NCBI RefSeq assembly: GCF_000400465.1
Contig: NW_008806289.1
Location: 30,001 to 62,000 of the forward strand
Source of the DNA: Wallemia ichthyophaga EXF-994
Lineage: Eukaryota; Fungi; Basidiomycota
DNA: 32,000 nucleotides
Direction of reading: 5' to 3'
The translations under genes were made by a program, and so were the position numbers. Position 1 is the first letter of the stretch; each line of letters begins with the position of its first letter. Below, piece by piece: positions 21,959 through 31,539 of the stretch. The notes below the pieces were generated by a model. That model searched no databases. It saw only the letters and a list, made by a program, of their open reading frames with translations, and was not told the DNA's origin.

Positions 21959-23508
21959 TTATTCTTGACTATCACTAGCACTATCATCACCATCACCATT
22001 GCGCTCATGCTCATACTCCCCCTCATTCAAATCAATCTCCTCACCATATCCATAATCAGTCAAACCTTCAGCCAAAACCTGCTCCTGGCCATCTTCGTTG
22101 ATGATACGAATGTCTGGTGGAGTGGATGACGGTCTCATCTCGTTCTCAGGCACGGCTGTGACGCGCGGGAAACTAAATGTTCGCATATCATCTCTTCCTT
22201 CCCTTCCGGCGACATCTTCATCTTCGTGTCCATAAGCGGCATCAGTGGCCTGTTTTTCAGCATCCTCTATCTCCTTCCTAACTGCGTTTTTTGTTTTTGT
22301 GTCTTGATCATCTTCATTCGATGTCGGTATACCCTCAACGGCACCGCCTTCTGGTTCAGTTGGTGAAATTTGGGTTTGGCGTGGTGGAGTGGTGTAACGA
22401 GCATCTTCTACCGTTTCTTCCGCTTGCTTTGTGTGTTCTGCATCTTGTTCTTGTATTTCTTGTGATTGGGGTTGTTCAAAATTATCAACCTGGTCACTAG
22501 TTCCAGCCTCTGCTGCTCTATCTTGGTGATCGGGGTTTCCAGACTGAGATAGATTGTAAGATGACCTGCTTTCGAACTTGATATTTGGCATAGGACCGCC
22601 CAGGTAAAATGAGCTAATGTTGACCATTCTGGGGAGTATGTTAGGTAGATTGCGTGGGTAGGAGTTGGCTTACTTCTTTTCCCTATGACAAGCTAGGAGC
22701 CATTGTGGTTGAACAATAGGTATAGACAACTGGACAGCTTTCTGGTATTCAGGTAGGTTGTAAGGGCCAGGTTTTGAGCAGACAAAGTGAGTTGTGTCAA
22801 CGGTGACTTTATCGTCAGATTCAGCGCCCATTTCATCGATTGCGGATTTGGAGGACTCGAGGAGCTTCTCGTCGGATATAGCGCCAATAGCGACTCTAAT
22901 ACCAGTAGTGTCGGTTATAGAGTGTGTCTTAACTTTAACCAGTTCGGAAGGATAGACACCTGCGGAAGTTCTCATGATGAGTTGGAACGAGTATTCAGAG
23001 TTGAGTGATAAGCCAGAAATCTTGTAAGTCTTGTTGTTAGGGTTGGAAATAGCGCACAGTCTTTGGCCATTCCTAAGCAAGTCTAGGGACCTGAGGGATG
23101 ACGTAGCCAGATCCAAATCATCCCATTCGAGCGTAACTGAAGTTTGAGTTGTATTTCTAACGCGTAAAACTGGAGATTTTGGAGAGTCTATGCCGTAAGT
23201 GTTGAGTATTTTCTTTTGTAAGTCCCAAAATGCTTCAGCGTGCTCCTTCTCTGCGAGTTGGTTTCTGTTAACGGCGATATTAACAATTGACCCAGTGGTA
23301 ACGCCAGCTGGGAGTAGAATCGATGGAAATTCTATCAAAGAGGCTCTCTCCCCGATGAGAATTGCCTGGTGAGCTGGTTAGACGGGTGGGAGCGGGGTTA
23401 GACTACAAACCATTCCAGCGTCTGTAATACATTATCAGCTAAGCCCTTTATTATACTCAAACACCCACCAAGCTTCCCCACTGTGAAAGAATTCGTTGAT
23501 AGCATCAT
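21959..23508 (-). CDS. CHS5: Exomer/chitin synthase export chaperone Chs5 (FN3 + BRCT + acidic tail)
   Basis: Small 5' exons give SFTVGKL|DAGM|AILIGERASLIEFPSILLPAGVTTGSIVNI. FN3 region PVLRVRNTTQTSVTLEWD; BRCT region VTVDTTHFVC..IPIVQPQWLLAC; acidic C-terminus. Confidence 0.93.
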
Positions 23509-23541
23509 GATCGCAGCGAACAAGCCTTTCATTTCAACCAA

Positions 23542-24614
23542 ATGGTACAAATATAATAAATAACCTTATATTTCCTAACAGACAGCTACAGTCCACTCAA
23601 TTCCTCTCGTGCGCTGATTCCTCAAATTCACCCAATCAACACCGTGAGTTGGCTGATTTTAATGACTTTTGCTCAAATTTTATAACTTATATAGTGGACG
23701 CTGTTTGGCACACTCGCTGGACTGCCAATGCCGTTTTATCCGCTTCAAATGACGGCTTTTTGAACCTCTGGGATGGATCTACTGCCGAGCATAAAGCGCG
23801 TCTTGATATTTCTCATCTCTCTATTTCCTCTTTGTCTACCACTCCCCACCCGGAATGCCCTCAACGCGCTTTGGTTTCCTCCATTGACGGCACAACCTCT
23901 GTGGTCTCACTCGCCGATGCTCATCTTTCTGCTTCCACTAGCCATCCAGGTATTTGGAAGTCCGCTATCCACCCAATAACCCTCGATCACTACACTACTT
24001 CCCCCGCTAAACTTGACTCCAAGCTATCGATACACAGTGCAAATATTCACCCACAATCCTCCGAAGATCCCGATTTCGGTACCTTTTTGGGCACATACGA
24101 CATGGGCAAACCTGCTTTCATCTTATCCTTGGAATACAGCCCCAACGGTGCCTGGTGTGTAGCTGGCGCTCAATCCGGCCAAACATACGTCTTTGATACT
24201 AAATCTGGCTCACTCGTTAGGGTACTCACTACACACTCTAAACCTGTACGCTCTATTTCTTTCTCTCCTGACTCCTCCATCCTCTACACCTCAAGTGACG
24301 ATAGACTCATCTCTGCAGTTGATCTCCGCGCTTCGACTGGTTCTGGTGCTGTCTTTTCCTTCTCAAATGCACACGAGAGCTCAGTGACTGCCGTATCAGC
24401 TGCACCGGACTCAAGGCTACTCGCATCAGCTTCAACAGATCACTCTATTCGTCTGTTTGACATTGGTCAGCGAGCATCAGTCGCAAAGATGGCGCAAGAG
24501 GATGAGGTGTGGTCGTTGAGCTGGAGACCTTTGGGTGTTAGTGGACTGTCAGGCTCTGCCTTTGCCAGCGGTGGTGATTCTGGCGTTGTCAAGTGGTGGA
24601 AATCTGCGGGATGA
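23542..24614 (+). CDS. SKI8: WD40 protein, Ski8/Rec14/WDR61-like
   Basis: An ATG-only first exon (23542-23544) and a second small exon give MLQSTQFLSC..QH|LDAVWHTRW. Also HSKPVRSISFSPDS, LYTSSDD, HESSVTAV, LASASTDHSIRLFD and GGDSGVVKWW. The WD fold is certain; orthology to Ski8 is by recall. Confidence 0.7.
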
Positions 24615-24663
24615 AGCTGTGTCTAATTATACATGCATGCAATTACGAAGATCAACATCAACG

Positions 24664-25254
24664 TCAACATCCAATAGCTGGTACAAAGTCATTAACAGCT
24701 TTTCTGTTGATGTGCGACAATTTGTGCTCTTTGGCGATGGGATCAATCACCTTATCCCAGACTTTCTGCTGGTGAAACCGTGAGGAAGTGTACATTATAA
24801 AACACTCCACGCCAGTCACGCTCTCGTCGTAAATGCGTATTTTGGGTAGCTGTGATTGGCGGAACAAGCCCGATTGTGCACCGTCAACAACCTCAGCAGC
24901 TACAAGACTGGGTGTGTCTGAACTTCTGAATTTGTTGCCTAGAAGCGAAATTCTTGGTCCTTTCTCTCTACGCATTTCTATTGGAGAAAATTGAACAATT
25001 CTGTACTCATCTAAGTGTACATGTAAACTACGCCAAATAAGCTCGTCTCTGTAATCAATTGTTCTCATTTTCTCGTCATCTACCAGTCCTACAGTCACTG
25101 AGGCTATTTCACGTCCTTTTTGCTTAAATCGAAGGCACCAGCTGTATGCGTGGATTTCAACGTACTCCGTATCGATATCCAACTCGACACACTTTGCGTG
25201 GATTGAATTGAATGGCGCTTTATCGCCAATGGTTATCTCTCGTAATGCTGTCAT
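24664..25254 (-). CDS. Orphan protein of unknown function (~196 aa from ATG 25254)
   Basis: Uninterrupted ORF with globular mixed alpha/beta composition. The frame stays open upstream to 25350, so the true start is uncertain. No family motif recognised. Confidence 0.6.
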   Translation of the reverse strand: MTALREITIGDKAPFNSIHAKCVELDIDTEYVEIHAYSWCLRFKQKGREIASVTVGLVDDEKMRTIDYRDELIWRSLHVHLDEYRIVQFSPIEMRREKGPRISLLGNKFRSSDTPSLVAAEVVDGAQSGLFRQSQLPKIRIYDESVTGVECFIMYTSSRFHQQKVWDKVIDPIAKEHKLSHINRKAVNDFVPAIGC

Positions 25255-25272
25255 TTTACTTGACGGTATCAA

Positions 25273-26133
25273 TTCAACGACGCCCGATTGCCGATTGGTA
25301 ACCGAATCGTAGTCGGCTCGTAATCCCGCAATGGCCTTTTGGTGACCTAATTATGTAACTCATATTCGCTCCGGCATCTCTCCCACTTCTAACGCCACTT
25401 GAAAATTAAGTTCAAGTGGAGGTTTTAATAACACTTACCTATTTGGGATTTAGGCAGCAATCTAATCTAGCCGAATATGGCAGCAGAATTGATATTAAAT
25501 GGGGTAATCGATTATATCGGCGAGTGTATTAATGTTAAAGATTGCGGCAGAGCCTATCAGATAGCACACACACAATCACAACAAGCTATGAATGTTGCTC
25601 TAGGAATGTAAATGGAATTTTCAGCATGATATGCCACACTTATGGAACAAGAATGTCATTAAATATTGAATACATTACTCATATGCATTCAAGTACTATT
25701 TATATTTTGACATGCCCACTAGAAATGTGATTGAGGACGGCTTTGGCAGGCGAGATGAAGATAATTACAAATTAATCACCGTCTTACAATCATCTAGGCT
25801 ATCCCTGAATGTTGTCTGGAATCCTCGATTGTTCATCACACAGGCTACTTTATTGAAATGCCGATAGTGAAAATCTTAATGAAATGCCCTAACAAAGGCT
25901 ATATAAATCGGCTGCTATTAAGGGGTACGTTATGAATATAATGACGCTGACAATCTTCATTCCCGGCGATAAATTACCTTAATTGGCAATTTACATTCCC
26001 GTGCTCGATACATTCCATATGTTTAAGACTCGTTGACGGTGAACACGCCGAGAATAACTCATTCCGCAAAAATATATATTTAAGTCGTCGATCCCAGCTT
26101 GTTTCTTCCTTACAATCAACTTACATTTCTAAT
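25273..26133. promoter_or_regulatory. Long AT-rich divergent intergenic region between the orphan gene and the NRPS-like gene
   Basis: At 860 bp it is the longest complete intergenic gap in the window. It has TATA-like TATATAAA near 25900, AT-rich AAATATATATTTAA near 26069, a pyrimidine tract before ATG 26134, and seven CCGAWW copies. Confidence 0.55.
25395..25419. repeat. Perfect 9-bp inverted repeat CCACTTGAA-N7-TTCAAGTGG
   Basis: Read directly from the sequence. It lies inside a predicted minus-strand intron at 25389-25438. Confidence 0.85.
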
Positions 26134-29086
26134 ATGTCAAGCATCATTAATCTCCTCAAGTCCCAATCAGACAACCACACCCGTGGACTGTACTTTTACC
26201 CAGGTGCTGCAAAGACTAAGCCTAGCTTTACATCCTACGCCAGCCTCTACACTCAAGCCTTAAATATCGCTGCCGGTTACAAGAGCGCCGGCTTCAAGTA
26301 TAATGACATTGTTCTACTCTATGTGAGTGATTCATTCATTCGGTGGCAATATTAATACTGATAACAAAATTAGATGTCCTCACACGAAGCTTATGCTTTA
26401 CACTATTGGGCTGCTGTACTCGTCGGATTAGTACCAACCATCCTCACTCCGCTCACCAATGATCCTAAGCAAGTCGAAGCTCACTTGAGCCATTTGAAGA
26501 ACCTTCTTGACCCACGCATAATTGCATCTTCAGAGCTTCACGCTCATTTGGATTCCATTAAGGATACCTCTGAGATCTACTCACCAGAAGACATACTTGC
26601 AAGAGCCAACGGAAAGGTTTTGCAAGACTCAGACATTAATTCAACAAAGGATTTGGCTTGTTTGATGCTGACTTCCGGATCTACTGGTAACGCTAAAGCT
26701 GTCGAAATGCGCCACGAAGCTATCCAAGCTGCTGTCAGGGGAAAATCTCAAGCACTTGGTCTCACATCTGAGACAAAGTTTCTTAACGTGAGTGGGATGT
26801 TGAATAGAACAAAAGCATACTAATATCTATCAGTGGATCAACTTTGATCACGTAGCCAACTTGACCGAGTGTCACCTCACTTCAATGTACCTCGGTGCTG
26901 ACCAGTACCATGTTCCTGGCGCAGCTCTCCTCACCAACCCACTCGACTTCCTCCAAATTATTAACGATCAACGCATCAACTTCAACTTCTCACCAAACTT
27001 CTTTTTATCTGCCCTGCTCGACTCATTCAACAGAGAGCTCAAACACAATGCTGATCTGCGCTCCAAGTACGACCTTTCATCGCTCAAGAAGATTACATCT
27101 GGTGGTGAGGCCTCGTCTACTAAGATGTGTGCTACTCTTATCGAGCAAGTACTCGCTCCAATGGGTGCACCAAAGGACCTGATCGTCCCAGGGTTTGGAC
27201 AGACTGAAACATGTGCCGGGTCTATTTTCAACAAGACGTTCCCATCACAGGAGATCCGCGACTCAAGAGCTTATGCTGCAGTTGGATTACCAATGAACGG
27301 CATCGAGATGAGAATCGTTGACCCAGAGACCTCAAAGGCAGTAGCTGATGGTCAAACAGGTGAGCTGCAGATCGCCGGCCCAGTCGTCTTCCGCAAGTAT
27401 TACCGCAATGAGAAAGCGACAAGAGAGAACTTCACTCCTGACGGTTGGTCCAGAACTGGAGACAGAGCATACATGTCATCATCTGGCTGTGTCTTGGCTG
27501 GTCGTGACAAGGACTCTATCATCACCAACGGCGTCAAGTACTTCAGTTCAGAGATTGAATACATGCTCGAAAACGCTGGTATCGAAGGTATGCTCCCATC
27601 ATGGATCGCCGCAGTGCCATACCGTCCAGAAGGTCACGCTACGGAAGACATTCTTATCTTCTTCGCTCCATCATTTGACGTGAGCAAGGATGTCAATGGT
27701 TTGAAGGATGTTGTCGAGGCGATCGCCGACAGAGTCGTCATGTACTGCGCTCACCGCCCATACCGTATTCTCGCATTACCTACTGAAGCATTCGGCGGCA
27801 AGTCTTCTCTCGGTAAGATCTCGCGCAACAAGGTATTGAAGGCTTACGATGCTGGTGCATTTGTCAAGTATGAAGCTGAACAAAAGTTAGCTCTTGAGGA
27901 ACTCCGCCGCACTCAACTCGTTCCACCTGAAACAGACTTTGAGCGCAAGGCTGCAGCTGCTATGGCTGAGACTCTCGGCCTCGACTACAAGTTCATTGGT
28001 CGTCACGACAACTTCTTCACTTTCGGTGGCTCATCGCTTGAATTGGTTAGATACAAAAACATACTTGAGAAGTACCTCGGATTGACAGAGGAGCTTCCTC
28101 TCATCACTGTCCTTCGCAACCCAACTCCTGCTACACTTGCGCCATACTTGGACAGATACTTGCGCACTCAATTCGGTGAAGTTCCTGACAATGCTGATGA
28201 TATCTACGATCCAATTGTTCCACTCCAGCTTAAGGGTTCCAAGCCTCCTCTTTTCCTTATCCACCCAGGTGTTGGTGAAGTATTGGTCTTCTTGAACCTC
28301 GCCAAGTACATTACCGACAGACCGGTGTACGCTCTTCGCGCTAGAGGTTTCAACCCAGGTGAAACGCCATTCACGGACATGAACACCCTCACGGATGCTT
28401 ACATGGCTGGTATTGAGAGAACAAACCCAGATGGACCATACTGTATCGCTGGATACTCATACGGTGCATGTCTCGGATTCGAGATCTGCAAGAAGCTTGA
28501 AGCAAAGAACAAGGAGATTGGTTGGTTTGGATGTTTCAACCTTCCTCCACACATCAAGGAACGTATGCAGCAGCTCGACAGAGTTGAGGTGAGTGGAAAG
28601 AAGAAAGTCATCTACACCTACTAACTATTTTCTCAGGTCGTTCTCAACCTGTCCTACTTCCTCGGCTTGATGACAGAGGACTACGCTCATGAGATTTCAC
28701 CAGAGATGCACAAGTACACTCCGGAGCAAGTCGTAGAGCACATAGTGGCTATTGCACCACCAGCTCGTCTGCAAGAGTTGGAGTTGACAGCTTCTAAGCT
28801 GCTCAACTGGGGTTCTATTGCTGAAAATCTTCAAGCTCTGGCTAGAGGATATGAGCCAACAGGAACAGTGTCGAACATTAACGTCTTCATTGCGGATCCA
28901 CTGGCCGCTGTTGCCAAGACGCGTCAAGAGTGGTACGAGAAGAAGTTGACCCCATGGAAGGATTTCACTAGAACTGAGCCTGTTTTCATCGATGCTAAGG
29001 GCGCACACTACACCATCCTTGCACCAGAGAACGTCGTCGATTTCCAATCCAAGATGAGAAAGTCTCTCGAAGCACGTGGTATGTAA
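26134..29086 (+). CDS. Stand-alone NRPS-like enzyme, A-T-TE (alpha-keto acid dimerising quinone/furanone synthetase family), ~935 aa
   Basis: Exons 26134-26322, 26374-26787, 26834-28588 and 28637-29086. A domain: LTSGSTGNAKAV, NWINFDHVANLTE, FSPNFF, SGGEA, GFGQTETCAG, RTGD, GRDKD..NGVKY, LGKISR. T domain: DNFFTFGGSSL. TE domain: HPGVGEVLVF, GYSYG, FNLPPHIK, GAHYT. No condensation or reductase domain. Confidence 0.92.
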
Positions 29087-29232
29087 ACCAACCCCGTCTT
29101 ATTTCCCCCATCACGCTCAACTATTTCCCTTTTTGTCTTATCTTTCCACTTTTAGTTCTCTTCTTATAATTTGGATTCATGGATACTTTTTAAACTATAT
29201 AATCTTGTCTCAGCCACATCCATGATTTGAGG

Positions 29233-29262
29233 CACACTAGCCACACTATCCACACTAGCCAC
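29233..29262 (+). repeat. Short tandem repeat (CACACTAGC-like 9-mer x3)
   Basis: cacactagc-cacactatc-cacactagc-cac in the gap between the NRPS-like and Gfd2-like genes. Confidence 0.7.
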
Positions 29263-29492
29263 CAATCCCAGCCAATCTATCTAAATCCGGTAATGGGTTT
29301 TAAATACCAAAAGTGAAAGGAGCGGAGTATTCAGAATTACATGTGCTAGTAAGATTTGTCACTCTAAATTTGAAATCAGTGACAGTTTCAAGTCATGCAC
29401 TGCCCCCGACGTACCTCTTCACTTTTACGGAATCGGCTGTTGAAGGGGCTGAAGTGGAGGCAATTTGGCTATCAAAGTCTTACAAAAGAACG

Positions 29493-31031
29493 ATGAGCAT
29501 GATAGATTTGAAAGACTTATACACGACAACGCTATTAAGCTACGAAGAAGAAGAAGAATCTAGTCTTCTCGATAAAGGGTATGGGCAGCATTTCAGGTCA
29601 CTCGATGCATTTCTACAAAGCTTTAAGCAGTTACAGCCAAAGCAGTCACTCGCTAATCCTGTTCCAAGCGCTGGTTGGCAGGCTTTTGTCATTATTGATA
29701 ACAAACTGCAAGGGCACATATGCGTTGAAGAAAAAGTTGTACAGAACTACTTCAAATGCCTTTCAAAGCGTTACAATAGCGATAGAATAAGACCACCAAA
29801 ACATGTAACTCAAGTTGTTCCACATAAAGATTTCAAACCAGGCAATATAAAGTATATATCCGATTACGCGACCTATCGGTGGGTTTTTGTATGTTTATTG
29901 TTTTACACCACACTCACACTCCTACACAGCCTATTGTATCGCTCATTTGACAGCCACATTACTCAAATCATTCGCAATCGCATCCGCAAGCATTCACCAA
30001 AAGAGTCAACTTCGCTGTGGTTGAGTAAGAAGCATACCTTTCTTGCTCTAGATGTTGAATGGTGGGAGAACGTTCCCGTAAATATTCTTGAATTCGGCTA
30101 TGCTATCTGCAGAGCTTCCTTTTTAGCAGGCAGAGAAGACGTTCACTGGCCGCCGATACCTGAGGACAACTATCGACGCGCACACTACAAAGTCCGCAAC
30201 CCAGGCGGAGTGACTGATAATCACAAGCCTTTCATCTTTGGAAAAACTAAATCAATTTACAAAGACAGCGTGAGGAACTTGTTGGAGTCCGTTATTAGCA
30301 GCTTGTCTTCGCCTGAGACCTCGACTGAATTGAACAATCTCGTCATTGTTGGTCATGGTATACAGGAAGCATTCAAGAAATGGAAGTTGAATGTGCCTTC
30401 AAATGTCGTCATGATAGACGTCGGCCAGCTGCACCAGATGATATATACAACAATGGGTGTATACCCACTCAGATCAATACTCGACACACTCAAAGTACCA
30501 TACCAAGCGCCAAGTCTAGGAAACACGGGCAACGATGCCATGTGGATTATGGAAGCTTATGCGACGTTGTGCGAGCAGTACGGAGCAGGTAGAGGAAAAA
30601 ACCAATCGTCATCGGGTGGTAAAGTGACTTCCTCCGAGAATTTTTCCAGCGGTACATCCTCAACGAATGAATCATCTTCAGCTGAAGCCAGCAAGTTGAA
30701 GAAGAGGGTTTCTTTCAGTGGAGATGCTACGTTGGGAGGTGAAGAGGCAACTGCTACATCCACACCAGGCGTCTTTGCACCATACAATCCCATGATGGGT
30801 TATCCGCAAGTGCCAGGAAATCATCCAATGGTGACCCCAATGATGGGTCCGATGATGAGTCCAATGAGTTCAATACCCCTCGCATCGCCACCATCAATGC
30901 ACAATCCAAACGTTGTTGATTTCAGGAAGTCTGCGGCGTTTAGACAATCTAATCTATCGCTTAGGCCTGAGTTGAAGAAGGGGGATTACTATCAGTCATT
31001 TGAAAAGCGTAAATCTTCATCGCATTTGTGA
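29493..31031 (+). CDS. Gfd2/YDR514C/QIP-like DEDD-family exonuclease-fold protein with a low-complexity C-terminus
   Basis: ExoI-like FLALDVEWWE..ILEFG, ExoII-like LVIVGHG, then MIDV and ExoIII-like GNTGNDA. Probable start is ATG 29493 or 29499. Probable in-frame intron at 29879-29929. S-rich and P/M-rich tail. Confidence 0.7.
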   Translation: MSMIDLKDLYTTTLLSYEEEEESSLLDKGYGQHFRSLDAFLQSFKQLQPKQSLANPVPSAGWQAFVIIDNKLQGHICVEEKVVQNYFKCLSKRYNSDRIRPPKHVTQVVPHKDFKPGNIKYISDYATYRWVFVCLLFYTTLTLLHSLLYRSFDSHITQIIRNRIRKHSPKESTSLWLSKKHTFLALDVEWWENVPVNILEFGYAICRASFLAGREDVHWPPIPEDNYRRAHYKVRNPGGVTDNHKPFIFGKTKSIYKDSVRNLLESVISSLSSPETSTELNNLVIVGHGIQEAFKKWKLNVPSNVVMIDVGQLHQMIYTTMGVYPLRSILDTLKVPYQAPSLGNTGNDAMWIMEAYATLCEQYGAGRGKNQSSSGGKVTSSENFSSGTSSTNESSSAEASKLKKRVSFSGDATLGGEEATATSTPGVFAPYNPMMGYPQVPGNHPMVTPMMGPMMSPMSSIPLASPPSMHNPNVVDFRKSAAFRQSNLSLRPELKKGDYYQSFEKRKSSSHL

Positions 31032-31305
31032 TCAGTGGCGTGAGCAGAGTGATGAGCAATAGCTAAGACATAATAGAGACATCCGCAACGAGCATTCAAG
31101 TGGGCATTTAAACATTCACAAGGACATTTAACATATTTAACTGAGATTTATTTAAGTTGACAGCAGGGTGTATTATAGATATTATGTAATTCCAATAGAG
31201 TATAATATATCCGTTTATTCCGCTGAGATGTATGTCAGATGAGCAGTTACATGCCTGACATGGCGAACAAACTTACGTGGTTAAATGATATCATCCAACA
31301 ATTTC

Positions 31306-31539
31306 TTACAAACCAGCTGCGTCTAATGCAGCATTCTTTGCTTCACATCCGTATGCGTCATCCCAGTGTCTTTGAGCGATGGCTTGTTGTTCTGGGGTAA
31401 AGTTCTTTTGGTTGCTGTTGAAGAGGGTGTATTCGGTAGGGAAACCTTCTGGACCGCACTTAAGTTGAGATCTATCCCAAGCGAGGACAGTTGAAGTGAG
31501 TGCGAGAATGGCTACAGAGATTGTGCTGATGAACTTCAT
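31306..31539 (-). CDS. Small secreted protein, 77 aa, orphan
   Basis: Classical signal peptide MKFISTISVAILALTSTVLA|W and a good start context (AAAATG). The mature peptide is ~57 aa with two Cys. Confidence 0.75.
   Translation of the reverse strand: MKFISTISVAILALTSTVLAWDRSQLKCGPEGFPTEYTLFNSNQKNFTPEQQAIAQRHWDDAYGCEAKNAALDAAGL

Noticed and set aside
25921-25925. Single AGGGG (STRE-like) element in the NRPS upstream region
   Set aside because: One 5-mer in 860 bp is expected by chance.
29313-29492. GTG-initiated 60-codon N-terminal extension of the Gfd2-like ORF
   Set aside because: Eukaryotic gene with a good ATG at 29493/29499. The extension has no recognisable features and is probably UTR or promoter.
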